A stretch of 64,000 nucleotides of DNA. Source: a virus. Taxonomy: Duplodnaviria; Caudoviricetes. Positions 39,572 through 49,631 of the stretch are shown here, piece by piece; within the stretch, counting starts at the first letter, position 1; each line of letters opens with the position of its first letter. The stretch spans positions 9,376 to 73,375 of IMG/VR virus record IMGVR_UViG_2905639403_000004; one strand, written 5' to 3'. The notes below the pieces were generated by a model that saw only the letters and a program-made list of their open reading frames with translations, had not been told where the DNA came from and made no database searches. A program made the translations under genes and the position numbers.

Positions 39572-40498
39572 TTATCTCTGTACATGTCTGTCATTGACTC
39601 TGAGATAGTAGGTAGCCAGACTAACAGACGTATTGAGTAGTAGTTCCGCCTCTGCTGCCTGAATTTTTACTCGTTCATTGCTAGCATGTGCATCGCCATC
39701 TTTATTGCGCATTTCTGCGATTAAATCGGTGATTCCATTTAAGTGACTAATCATTTTCGTAATACGTGGATTCCACTCCCGAGAAGGTCTCATTCCCAAT
39801 GCTTTAACCACTAAATTACGATATTGACCAATATCGCCATTACGCTTACACTCTACGTCGTTATCGGACAATATTTGAAGAAACACCTCTTCGATAAGTG
39901 TTCTAGCCTTTGTAACTACGCTGTCAAAATCATTATCCTGCAAGTCATCTTGTCCCTGGGCCAACAACTCTGAAATGTATCCTGAATTGATCCTCTTGAT
40001 CGGCACGAGGACTTTTACATTCTCATCTGCTGCGATAATTTCCCACGAATTACCACTAGATACGAGTTTTAAGTTGCTGTAGAGAAGAATGGCGTTTATC
40101 TCTCTGATTACGCGCTGCTTAATTGCGTCTGCTACAATCAGGATGTCCTTAGATTCATCACCAGTAAGGCCTTCCAGAATAAAGTTATCAATTTCCTTCA
40201 GTTGCGAAAACTGACTTCCAGAAAGATACTCATTAATCACAGGTCGCAACTGTGCTGGTGAAAATAGAAACGATAATAAAGAAGCCGTTCGATCATTTGC
40301 ATGAGTTGCACTGATTATCGAACTCATTCGGCGTAATCTGTTTGAACCTTCTGGATTTGGAGAACCAAATCTGGATCCCAGAGCGTCAAGATCTGCATTT
40401 GTTCGGTAAGTTATCCACGGTCGGTCAATCAAGAAAGTTGTAATATCTGTGTTTTCCAGTAATTTAAAATTTTCTGACTCCAATGCCGTTTCCCCCAC
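39572..40498 (-). CDS. Abortive infection protein with Abi_C (HEPN-like) domain
   Basis: VTKARTLIE, MRNKDGDAH, AELLLN. Confidence 0.85.
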   Translation of the reverse strand: MGETALESENFKLLENTDITTFLIDRPWITYRTNADLDALGSRFGSPNPEGSNRLRRMSSIISATHANDRTASLLSFLFSPAQLRPVINEYLSGSQFSQLKEIDNFILEGLTGDESKDILIVADAIKQRVIREINAILLYSNLKLVSSGNSWEIIAADENVKVLVPIKRINSGYISELLAQGQDDLQDNDFDSVVTKARTLIEEVFLQILSDNDVECKRNGDIGQYRNLVVKALGMRPSREWNPRITKMISHLNGITDLIAEMRNKDGDAHASNERVKIQAAEAELLLNTSVSLATYYLRVNDRHVQR

Positions 40499-40517
40499 AG
40501 TATTAATAACTTATTTA

Positions 40518-40546
40518 ATTATATATCCTAAGCCCATAAGTGCCAA
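40518..40546 (-). promoter_or_regulatory. Promoter of defence cargo operon
   Basis: TTGGCA-17bp-TATAAT on minus strand. Confidence 0.7.
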
Positions 40547-40920
40547 GCACTCTACTGTGTATTCTCGCAAGTTCATTTTTCCGCCAGACTAAAAAAGGCC
40601 ACCAGAACCAAGTAAGTTCTAGCAGTCTTAAATGAGTTTTCGATTGATTGTCCACCATAATTAGGCGGAGTTTCGGCGGAGCACCATATTTTTTTGGCGG
40701 AGTTGGCGGAGTTTGAGCTGCCTTGAGCAAATCCAAAATGCCTCTGTATCACTCTTTCTAGCTCAAATTGGCCTACATCGCTATTCCCACTCAATCGTTG
40801 CATGTAACTGAGATGATCACCATTAATTGACCTGTACCTGTTTTGTACCTGCAAATAGCCTTTTTAAATGTTTTTTGTTATTCACCATACTAACAAGCCT
40901 GCTTGTTAGTATAGTTGTCG

Positions 40921-42063
40921 TTATTTTAGAACCCTAAGCTTGAAACGTCCAGAATCTTTTTTTTCATCGCTTTTCAATCCAAGCACCTCGCTAGCTTGAT
41001 CCACATTTAAACCAGTTTTAAATGCTACTGAATTCAGTGTCTTTAGTGCTCCGTTCGAGGTAAATGAAATGGCACTACCAAGAAATGACGGGAGTTCGGT
41101 CGGTATGCTGTCATCAAGAGGTTCTTCTTCACGCCACCCATTTCTGTAAATAGTCTGTCTTAGAAAAAGAGCCTGAGAATCAGAAATAAGACCAAGTTGA
41201 TTACCACGATAAATTAATGACTGAATTGATACCTTCCAGTGTTCCTTCAGTTGTATTAAATAATTCATGTTATTTCTGATCATGTCAAGTGCTATACCTT
41301 TTGCAGGCATTAATATTGCTCCGGCAATATGTTGTGCCTCCGATTCGATAGTCCTCCTGTTATCTGTGTTTTGAACATCAGATTCAGAATAGTGCGAATG
41401 AAGCAAAATGTGACCCAACTCATGCGCTAAATTAAATCGTATTCTGACACTAGATTTTCGTCTAGAATTTAAAATTATATACGGTCTTTTGTTGATCCAT
41501 CCCGTAACGGCGTCAACCTTTTCGCTTTCAAGATCCGCGAACTTAACGCGTATTCCCATTCTCTCAACTAAGAGTGTCATATTTGTTATGGGACCGACTC
41601 CCAGATCATAATCTTCTCTCACGTTTTCTGCCATTTTTTCAACATAGTCAAATGACAAGGGGGTAAACTTCGATAAAGTATTCGCATAAGCTTGCGGCTT
41701 AAATGCTGGTAATTGTAACTCTCGATCTAAATCTTGTTCAACATATGCAAAAAAGAGCGCATTGTATTTTGCTTGAAGCACTTTCCGCTTTGGCAGCACT
41801 GCTGCCTTACGGAAAAAAACTGGACCAGCAAACGAAGGAATTTTTTGATTCACCAAAAAAAACTGATGATTGACTCCGAAGTGACGTGCCAATGCCTCAA
41901 TTCCACGAAAATCAGGTTCACGTTCTCCTCGTTCCAGCATTGATATATAGTTCGCACTATAGCCAGTCTCTTTCCCGACTTCCGCAAGACTCTCACTCTT
42001 TAAGCGCCGTAGAAACGAAAGCTTGCTTGACTCGAAGTGACCACTAAGACGAATTAACGACAT
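40921..42063 (-). CDS. XRE-HTH plus ImmA/IrrE zinc peptidase
   Basis: N-terminal HTH, RFNLAHELGH, WKVS. Confidence 0.9.
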   Translation of the reverse strand: MSLIRLSGHFESSKLSFLRRLKSESLAEVGKETGYSANYISMLERGEREPDFRGIEALARHFGVNHQFFLVNQKIPSFAGPVFFRKAAVLPKRKVLQAKYNALFFAYVEQDLDRELQLPAFKPQAYANTLSKFTPLSFDYVEKMAENVREDYDLGVGPITNMTLLVERMGIRVKFADLESEKVDAVTGWINKRPYIILNSRRKSSVRIRFNLAHELGHILLHSHYSESDVQNTDNRRTIESEAQHIAGAILMPAKGIALDMIRNNMNYLIQLKEHWKVSIQSLIYRGNQLGLISDSQALFLRQTIYRNGWREEEPLDDSIPTELPSFLGSAISFTSNGALKTLNSVAFKTGLNVDQASEVLGLKSDEKKDSGRFKLRVLK

Positions 42064-42069
42064 TCTGCC

Positions 42070-42747
42070 TCACCCTTTACTACTATCTTGTTTGAAACGA
42101 CGAAACTCCTCTGGACTAAATGCTGCCATCTGTTTAGCAGTAGTTTTAATATCTCGCCTTTCACCACCAGATGACACGCTTAGCCCTGTGGGCAAACTAA
42201 CACCCTGCAAACGTCCATTCTTACATGGTTTCCCCAAGACTGCAAACTTTGGGATTTGTGATTGATACCCGTGATTGAGTTCAAGATATGTTGCCCCTTT
42301 ATAGAGTTCCTCATCATCGAACAAAATCAGTCGAGAATCATATTCATCAAATAATGCCATACGAAATTTTGCATCTCGACTAATTGAGTGTTTGGTTCGA
42401 GTCTGATTTACCGTTATTACTACTTGACCATCACGACTGTGTAATTGTAAGAAAAGCCCTTTATTTTGTGGGACTTCACCAAAATCATAACTAAATGGGA
42501 TCACCTTCTGATCACAAGCCCGGGCCAAAGCGCACTCAACAGCCATATTCTTATACTCTGGAATTAACTTCTTTGCTCTGGGGGTCATCAAAAAATCAGG
42601 AGCTTCTGCACCCAAAAAATTTTGAACTGCTTGATAACTCGCAGCAACGATACCCCCCATGAGAATTCTTTGTGTCGGTGTAACTGTGTGTTCCAAAAGT
42701 GAAAAAACAGATTTGGGAGCTGGAACAAATTTTGCTGAGAAGACCAT
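42070..42747 (-). CDS. Hypothetical protein co-transcribed with HTH-IrrE
   Basis: GGCGGAG RBS; 6-bp gap to next gene. Confidence 0.75.
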   Translation of the reverse strand: MVFSAKFVPAPKSVFSLLEHTVTPTQRILMGGIVAASYQAVQNFLGAEAPDFLMTPRAKKLIPEYKNMAVECALARACDQKVIPFSYDFGEVPQNKGLFLQLHSRDGQVVITVNQTRTKHSISRDAKFRMALFDEYDSRLILFDDEELYKGATYLELNHGYQSQIPKFAVLGKPCKNGRLQGVSLPTGLSVSSGGERRDIKTTAKQMAAFSPEEFRRFKQDSSKG

Positions 42748-42825
42748 TGAAATCTCCGCCTTTCACATCGTTTAAACTATATTACATCTTTATGACTTTT
42801 TTGTAAACAATGTGATTTATACACA

Positions 42826-42868
42826 AAAATAGCCCTCCACCCGCATTAGCGAGCAGAGGGCTGTTTTG
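42826..42868 (-). terminator. Endolysin terminator (copy 2)
   Basis: Hairpin plus T tract just after lysin stop. Confidence 0.8.
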
Positions 42869-42876
42869 TAATGTAC

Positions 42877-43929
42877 TTAAAATGGACTGGCGGAACTAAT
42901 GCTGATTTGCAAACGATCAAGCGGTTCTCCAAACATGCCGGCGTATGTGTCTGTGTACTGTGGCAAACTCGTGCCATCATCACATACAACGCCGAGCCAG
43001 CCAGCCCGTTGTGTCGTCTGACTGCGGTAATACGCTTGCTGGTACGACTCACCAGCAGGAGTAAGAAAGATGATCTGGACTCCATCAATCACTTCGCCAG
43101 CATTACCGGCACAGCCGTTGACCGTATCATTGCGATCACCTTTGGCTACCCAAGGCAGCCAACCACTTTGAACTGTGTGGACGCGATACTTAACGCTACC
43201 ATGATCAACTTTGATGTACAGCAGATCATGCTGATAATTAGGCATACCAGCAAAACCGTTGTCACCAGATCCGAAGTTGGTCACCTCATCAAGCCAACGG
43301 ACACCGAGCAGATGCAGACCGTAGGCTACGTTGACATTTCTAGTTACAATTGCTTGTGGACGCGCGCTTTGTGCTGCTGGTGCGCTCTTAGATGCATCTA
43401 CGGTAGTTGTCCCATTAGCAAGGTCGGCCGCCAGCTTCTCCTTTGTAATGCCCCAACGTGCTAGATAACCATAAGGATCAGTGTGATCACCCCAAATATG
43501 CTGTGTTACCCACAAATGAGACTTGATGCCAGGTGTTCCAGCACCGCCAGCATCCAAACTAGTCGGAATGCCATATTGAGCAGCCATATCACGTGCAAGC
43601 TCAATATAAACGGCATAATCCTTCTTGAAAGTTTCGGGATCACGAGTGTGGCCCAATTCAATTTGGACCGGGCTGTTAGCATTTGCCACTGTCCCAGCGC
43701 CCCACTGAACATAACCAGGTTCACCAACTTGATAAACCTGACCGCCATCGCCCACAACAAATGCCGTATAAGCAATTTCAGCAGCAATATTGTTTTTGAA
43801 GTAAGCGGCATTTGCACGCGCGCCAGATTCGGCACCTACATCATGCAGGATAATGTAAAGTCGATTAGCTACTTGCGATGAGCCTTCATTTGCACCCAAA
43901 GCAAATTCTTTGTTGATGGTATAACTCAT
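42877..43929 (-). CDS. Endolysin, N-acetylmuramoyl-L-alanine amidase (Amidase_2)
   Basis: IILHD, QIEL, SH..DHTDP; Trp-rich C-terminal binding domain. Confidence 0.9.
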   Translation of the reverse strand: MSYTINKEFALGANEGSSQVANRLYIILHDVGAESGARANAAYFKNNIAAEIAYTAFVVGDGGQVYQVGEPGYVQWGAGTVANANSPVQIELGHTRDPETFKKDYAVYIELARDMAAQYGIPTSLDAGGAGTPGIKSHLWVTQHIWGDHTDPYGYLARWGITKEKLAADLANGTTTVDASKSAPAAQSARPQAIVTRNVNVAYGLHLLGVRWLDEVTNFGSGDNGFAGMPNYQHDLLYIKVDHGSVKYRVHTVQSGWLPWVAKGDRNDTVNGCAGNAGEVIDGVQIIFLTPAGESYQQAYYRSQTTQRAGWLGVVCDDGTSLPQYTDTYAGMFGEPLDRLQISISSASPF

Positions 43930-43930
43930 A

Positions 43931-44362
43931 CTATTTTGCCTCCTCACTAGCTACTGAAGCAACAGATTCCGGAGCTGACTCCGCCGGTGCTGCAGAAGAC
44001 GTCTCTGGAACCACTTCACTAGCAGCAGAAGTTGCCTGATCAGCTGCTTTATCCGCTTGCAGCGCCTTAATTTGATCCTCTAGCGCCTTGATCTTAGCCG
44101 CCTTAGTGGTAATAATGCCGGAGTAGGTTAATGCTTGCTGGCTATCACTTAACCCTTGGGTGGTTGGATCGACTGCCACTCCGACAATGGTCAACAGTGC
44201 AAATACGGCATTGACCACTGCGGTGAGTTCCTTACCCAAGTTGGCAAAGTCCCAGTTGTAACCGAAAACCGCTGCTACCGTTTGAACTACCAACAAAGAA
44301 GCTGGCACCAAAGCCAGCCAGAATTTGACGCTTAATAATCGTACTTTCCAATTAATCTTCAT
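43931..44362 (-). CDS. Holin
   Basis: MKINWKVR..FW, VDPTT.GLSDS. Confidence 0.9.
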   Translation of the reverse strand: MKINWKVRLLSVKFWLALVPASLLVVQTVAAVFGYNWDFANLGKELTAVVNAVFALLTIVGVAVDPTTQGLSDSQQALTYSGIITTKAAKIKALEDQIKALQADKAADQATSAASEVVPETSSAAPAESAPESVASVASEEAK

Positions 44363-44645
44363 GGTTATCTTCTCCTTTAATGCCTACGTTAGCTTCTAAT
44401 CGAGTGATTCTTACCGAGTGACTGCCAAGCTCGTCATCGTGTGCTTTCAGATGAGCATTCAAGTCTGCCAGCGATTGTTCATGCAGTTTTAGCTGACGAT
44501 TAATTGTCTCTGAAAGCATTTGAATATCAGAACGCAATGGATCTAAGGCAATCTTTTTGAACAGCCAGCTGCCCGCACTTACACCCACCCCTATGATTGA
44601 TATGAACTCCGCCCAGTCAGCCATCGTATATCCCAAAAATGTCAC
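44352..44645 (-). CDS. Holin-associated membrane/coiled-coil protein
   Basis: N-terminal TM, RITRLE. Confidence 0.65.
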   Translation of the reverse strand: MTFLGYTMADWAEFISIIGVGVSAGSWLFKKIALDPLRSDIQMLSETINRQLKLHEQSLADLNAHLKAHDDELGSHSVRITRLEANVGIKGEDNHED

Positions 44646-44690
44646 TTTCTCACTTCTTCCATAAGGATGTAACGGCTAGTTATAGTTGAC

Positions 44691-44960
44691 TCAATTTTCC
44701 GATGTTTTGCTGCTATCTGTGCCCTTTTTTTCAGAAGTCAAAGAATCCTCTGTGTCATAAAGCAATTGCTGAAATTTGGCAATGTCAGCTCGAACTTCTT
44801 TCTTGTTCGCGTCATAGAGTGCCTGATTCTGAATTGATTGATTGACCGTATTGGCTCCATTTCCTTCTTGGTCAATAGTTGCGTTCAAATAAGCGACCTG
44901 AACATCACCAATGGTGGATGTACCTGTAAGACTGATGCTCTTGTTAGTTTTCAATGTCAT
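44691..44960 (-). CDS. Hypothetical phage protein
   Basis: ORF after tail fibre module. Confidence 0.65.
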   Translation of the reverse strand: MTLKTNKSISLTGTSTIGDVQVAYLNATIDQEGNGANTVNQSIQNQALYDANKKEVRADIAKFQQLLYDTEDSLTSEKKGTDSSKTSEN

Positions 44961-44971
44961 GATTACTTCTC

Positions 44972-45388
44972 TCATTTTTCGAATGCTTCATACAACGCTA
45001 AATATGCATCAAGATCGGGTCCGCCTATTTCGTTCTCATCAACGTAGTCACTGATGATTCGCTGAACATCGTCAATGTGATTCACATAGGTACCACCTTC
45101 GATTTCGGCCTTCTGCTCAAGCCATTCACCATGAACCTTGTTGTACTCACGAGCTAGGTCGGGATTCAGCTGAATATTACCGTTCGAATCTGTTTTTGAT
45201 TCTCCGTTCTCGTCTTTAAGAGCATACTGAGCGACTAAGGCTTGCTCATCCTCACCAGCAGATTTCAAAGTTTGCTTTAACAATTTGATGAACTTGGCAA
45301 GCGCCAGAGCATCCCTGCCCTTAACTTTTATTTGTTCAACAAGTCTGTATACGTTAGCAATATTTGCATTTTCAAGTGTGATTTTCAT
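44972..45388 (-). CDS. Hypothetical phage protein (DUF1617-like)
   Basis: GGGAGG RBS; position after tail spike. Confidence 0.65.
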   Translation of the reverse strand: MKITLENANIANVYRLVEQIKVKGRDALALAKFIKLLKQTLKSAGEDEQALVAQYALKDENGESKTDSNGNIQLNPDLAREYNKVHGEWLEQKAEIEGGTYVNHIDDVQRIISDYVDENEIGGPDLDAYLALYEAFEK

Positions 45389-45416
45389 GTTTTCCTCCCA
45401 AATTAAAAGCGCCAGC

Positions 45417-48400
45417 CTATGCCGTCGCTTTGAGTTCATCGATTTCAGTTTTCATTTGTGCCAGCAACGGCAAGAGCGCTGCCGCGATCCGGTCGTACTG
45501 GATCCCTTCAAGCTCACCATCTGGCCCACGGACAACCAGATCCTCAAGACCGGCAGCTTCCAAATCCTCAGCAATCAGGCCAAAGTTGGTCTGTGGTAAC
45601 TCTTTTTGCTCGCCGCTTGCATATCGCTCCATGGCTGCCTTGTCCAGCCAGTGAGCCGTCGGTAACGTCAGCAGCTGCTCAGCCAACTCGGTTGAACGAT
45701 CGCGCTTAATGTTGACCTTGTACTTGCTGGCAGACGTGCTTCGGACGAGAGCACCATCAGAAGCAACAAATGCGTTTGGAGATGATGAGGTTGTTTTTGA
45801 CCACGCAGAAGGTATCTGCACGTAGTCAGCTTCAATGTCAATGCGTGTTCCTCCAGTTAATCCGCTTTTGTTGTAGCCAACCATAATAGATGGAACGGAA
45901 TCTATTCCCTCAACTATTGAATATGATGCGCCTCCGATGATTGTCACACCACGATTAGCGCCACCTACAACAGTGTTATAGTCTTTTGAAACCGAAATAC
46001 CACTGAACTTTTTTGTAAAAAGTCCTGCCCCACCAAGAAAAGCATTATTTTCTCCAGAAACAGAGACGGTTAAAACATCACGGCCTACGATTTCAGCGCC
46101 CCTTCCCAAAGATTGACTTGCTCCGACATTATCGATAGTCAAATAAGGTGTCTGAGCCGAGTCAAAAGCATGGGGTTGGACAAATGTCATCGATCCGCCC
46201 TTAAGCAAAACACTGTTGGTGCTGTCCGTTACGGATATATATTTTTGGTCGATGTTGATATCAATGTTGTTGTCAGTTGAGTGTATGCGGCCTTTCTGGA
46301 ACTCAACCATCCCTGTATTCAAATTGATGGCCAAGTTAGCGCCAGAAATCGTGCCAGTCACAATAGCTGAGGCGTTCAGGTTGATCACGTTGAGATTGGC
46401 CGCATTCAACGTCCCGGTGGTGATCTTGTCAGCAGACAAACTTGCGATCGCTGCTGAGGGGATGAAGGCATTGCCTGTAAAGACAACTGTTGGTGCATCT
46501 AGAACAAGCTTTCCACTTTGAATCAGAGTACGGTTGGCTTCCAGATTGATCTGACTAAGCACATCGCCTTTAGACACACGGAGATTAATCGCATCTTGCA
46601 GCTGGGTTATCTGAGAACTTCCTGCGTTGCGAGTAATGCGCATGCCTAGTACGAGTGCAAAACCAAGATCAGATCCTGCGGTTCCATCAATTTGAATCCA
46701 AGGAATTGCGGACCGTCCCTTTTCCGGAATTGTGACATTTCCGCTGATGTGTATTAGGCCATGGTTGGGATCCATTGATGCTGCGGGAACCCATGCCCAA
46801 CCGCCATCACCCGTTGTGATTTGCAAACCAATTGAAACGGGATACTTCGTGTTATACGTATTTACCCAAGCATCAATGTAATATACTTCGTTAGAACTAA
46901 CTGTGAAGTCGTTACCATGCTCGATGTTGTCGCGAGCGCTAAGCTTCAAGTAGTTTTTGTGTCCGGTAACTGTGATGGTATCGTCAGTTGTAAATATTGA
47001 GCCTGGCCATCCTCCCACCTTGCTATCATCAAACCACGCTTTTCTGACAATGTTATCACGGCTCTCAATGATGGTTGTGATTTGATCAGATAATTGCGTT
47101 TGTTGTGATTGCAACCCAGTCAGCTGATTCGTTGCGGTTTGCTGGAATCCCTGCAAAGTTTGCAGTGCTGTTGTCACTTGACCATGATTATTAGCAACTG
47201 TCGTCGTCAGACCGTCAACCGTCATCTTTAGGTTAGAAAACTGGGTAACGGTTGCCTGTGATGACGTATCCAATTCTAAATTAAGGTGACTCAATTTGAA
47301 TACAAAAGCGCGTCCATCTGGCACGTTACCAAATCTCAAAAGCAGCTTGTCGTTGCCTTTGGCGGTGAATGTCAAAATAAAGCGTTTGTTAGTAACATTT
47401 GATTCCAGAACCGCGTGATTGTCAGCATCAAATCCGAGGTCAACACCACGACCCCAACCCCACCCATCATTTGGGTTGAAATCCGGTGCATCCCAGTCAA
47501 CGGTCAAGAGATAGTGGTTGCCAGCCTCAGTTGGCAAAGTGGTGCTCAGCTCTTCAACACTGGCAACTCCAAGATAATTGATGACGTTGACTGTGTTATC
47601 GTAATCAATCGACTTCACCGCATTATTTGCTGGCGTGTTTTTGTCCCATGTCCGCAAATCTTGCCACTTGCCTTTAATCAAATTCGGCCGATCCTCAGTC
47701 TGCAATCGTTGATTTATTGAATTGAACTGAGCATTAAACTGACTGGCAGTTGCTGTGATCTGACCCTGCGTCCATGACTGTGTTGCATACGGCGTCAGCA
47801 GGCCGGTCACATCATTCTTGGTCATCGTCAAAGACAACTGATCATTTGCAACCTTGAGATCAGCACGCAGTTGATTGACTGACCCATTGATGGTGTTAAC
47901 GACACTTTGATCGGCTTTAAGTTGCAATCCATCGGCAGTCTGTTGAGCCAGCGTTTTCGCTGTGGTGACTTCACCCGACAACTTGTTTATGTCCGTCTTA
48001 GTCGCCAATGTTGCCATCGTTCCTGCTAGATCATCGGTTTTAGTGACCAATGTAGCCACCGTTGTCTTCTGATCTGTCGCAGTCTCCAAAGCAGAATTTG
48101 CGGTCGCCAATGCGGTTTTCGCATCAGATGCTGCTGACACTGCTTGTGTTGCAAGAGCATTGGCCGAGTCGGCTGTACTTTTAGCCGCCTGTGCAGTCTG
48201 ATTGCTCATTGAAGCCAACTGTGCGCTACTATTTGCTTTTGCCACAGCATCATTGGCAGCTTCTTTGGCAGCAGCAACATCCGCGATTGCGGTGTCAACC
48301 TTCTTCTGAACCTCGGTGCCAAAAGCGTCACCGGTTTCGGCATTCCATTGGCCATCATGAAAGAGCCACATAATTGTTCCCTTGGCAGTCGTTTGATAGT

Positions 48401-49631
48401 ATACGTCACCGGTTTTACCAGCAATATTCAGATCGACCGGCGATTGATCTCCCCAGCCTGTTGAATTCATGCCATTTGTTGCCTTCGCAATCACGACCTT
48501 ATCAACTAACTCAATCTGTGACTTGATCTCGTTGACCTGGCTACTGAGATTGCTATATGCAACATCTGGCCTCGATGTACTGTCGTACGTCTGTGTTAGA
48601 TAGCTATGATTTGACGGTTGCCAGGTATATCCAGTCAAACGCGCTCTCACATCAATATCATCAAGCTTGTGCGTGATGGTGACCGTATCGCCTGGCAACA
48701 CAGTGGTAGTGATGCTTAAATCCTTGTACTCTTCAGTATTCTCAAGCAACGCCACATTCAACTTGTACGTCCACTTGGCCTCATCAATATGACTTTCGGA
48801 GAACTCTTTCGTAGCGGCAGCACGAAGTAACTCGTACGCTTCTTGAACCGGAACAGCACCTTTTTGATCTCCTGTTGCCTGTGTTTCGTCAATGGCCTTG
48901 ATGTCTTGATAGGTTTTGGTGCCAATCTTCGGTTTGCGATAATTGCCTAACTTGGGGCTGTCAACATAAAGCTCAGGTAGTAAAAGACCATTGTAGCCTT
49001 CTGGCAGCAGTCGCGTAATAATACCACTACTGTCCTTGGTCGCTTCGTATCCGGTCAAGTTGTGTGCATATTCAAAATGAACACCACGATCTTTTCCTAG
49101 ACGAGGGTTGACGCTGAAACTAAAGTCCTGCCAATCGAATTCACCACCCCAGCGGTTAAGAAACGAGTTGTCATCCGTTCCCAAAAGTGCCTTGATGATT
49201 GACATTCTAACCAGCCGGGCATTGGTTACATTTCCGATTGTTGATAGAACTTTGAAGCTAGTTGGATAGTTGGCAGCGCGCATGATCTGATCAAGTGCGC
49301 CCTGGCCATCCTTGTCAACGATGTTGGTGTCCGCGATGAAATCATCGTTAAGATCCCAGAACACGTGATAAGCAGTGATGCTAAGATGACCCATGGACTT
49401 GATCACTTGCGCGATTCGAAAAGCAGCCTTGCCCCCCGGAACTGGCACGCGCACGATATTTTCAGCCACGAGGTCTCCAGCATGTTCGCTAAACATCGGA
49501 TAATCGAACGTCAAGGTGAACTTCGCGTTGAGCTGCCAAGTGACGATATCATTGCTGATGTCGTCCAAAGCATAGCCGTGGTGACTGAAATCAGTCTGGT
49601 CACGCGGATAGAGTTCAATATCGGTACTCAT
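45417..49631 (-). CDS. Tal/tail spike receptor-binding protein with C-terminal peptidase S74 chaperone
   Basis: N-terminal prophage tail domain, coiled coil, two carbohydrate-binding-like inserts, TSASKYK..FGLIAEDL. Confidence 0.88.
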   Translation of the reverse strand: MSTDIELYPRDQTDFSHHGYALDDISNDIVTWQLNAKFTLTFDYPMFSEHAGDLVAENIVRVPVPGGKAAFRIAQVIKSMGHLSITAYHVFWDLNDDFIADTNIVDKDGQGALDQIMRAANYPTSFKVLSTIGNVTNARLVRMSIIKALLGTDDNSFLNRWGGEFDWQDFSFSVNPRLGKDRGVHFEYAHNLTGYEATKDSSGIITRLLPEGYNGLLLPELYVDSPKLGNYRKPKIGTKTYQDIKAIDETQATGDQKGAVPVQEAYELLRAAATKEFSESHIDEAKWTYKLNVALLENTEEYKDLSITTTVLPGDTVTITHKLDDIDVRARLTGYTWQPSNHSYLTQTYDSTSRPDVAYSNLSSQVNEIKSQIELVDKVVIAKATNGMNSTGWGDQSPVDLNIAGKTGDVYYQTTAKGTIMWLFHDGQWNAETGDAFGTEVQKKVDTAIADVAAAKEAANDAVAKANSSAQLASMSNQTAQAAKSTADSANALATQAVSAASDAKTALATANSALETATDQKTTVATLVTKTDDLAGTMATLATKTDINKLSGEVTTAKTLAQQTADGLQLKADQSVVNTINGSVNQLRADLKVANDQLSLTMTKNDVTGLLTPYATQSWTQGQITATASQFNAQFNSINQRLQTEDRPNLIKGKWQDLRTWDKNTPANNAVKSIDYDNTVNVINYLGVASVEELSTTLPTEAGNHYLLTVDWDAPDFNPNDGWGWGRGVDLGFDADNHAVLESNVTNKRFILTFTAKGNDKLLLRFGNVPDGRAFVFKLSHLNLELDTSSQATVTQFSNLKMTVDGLTTTVANNHGQVTTALQTLQGFQQTATNQLTGLQSQQTQLSDQITTIIESRDNIVRKAWFDDSKVGGWPGSIFTTDDTITVTGHKNYLKLSARDNIEHGNDFTVSSNEVYYIDAWVNTYNTKYPVSIGLQITTGDGGWAWVPAASMDPNHGLIHISGNVTIPEKGRSAIPWIQIDGTAGSDLGFALVLGMRITRNAGSSQITQLQDAINLRVSKGDVLSQINLEANRTLIQSGKLVLDAPTVVFTGNAFIPSAAIASLSADKITTGTLNAANLNVINLNASAIVTGTISGANLAINLNTGMVEFQKGRIHSTDNNIDINIDQKYISVTDSTNSVLLKGGSMTFVQPHAFDSAQTPYLTIDNVGASQSLGRGAEIVGRDVLTVSVSGENNAFLGGAGLFTKKFSGISVSKDYNTVVGGANRGVTIIGGASYSIVEGIDSVPSIMVGYNKSGLTGGTRIDIEADYVQIPSAWSKTTSSSPNAFVASDGALVRSTSASKYKVNIKRDRSTELAEQLLTLPTAHWLDKAAMERYASGEQKELPQTNFGLIAEDLEAAGLEDLVVRGPDGELEGIQYDRIAAALLPLLAQMKTEIDELKATA

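Larger units (their letters stand above)
32072..40795 (-). mobile_element. Integrative (mobilisable) element with defence cargo nested in prophage 2
   Basis: 13-bp direct repeat ATTCCCACTCAAT at 32072-32084 and 40783-40795; GGCGGAG arm-like repeats inside both ends; int-xis-rep-ftsK core. Confidence 0.85.

Noticed and set aside
45417-49631. Diversity-generating retroelement or invertible shufflon at the tail spike
   Set aside because: No reverse transcriptase, template repeat or invertase seen in the window.
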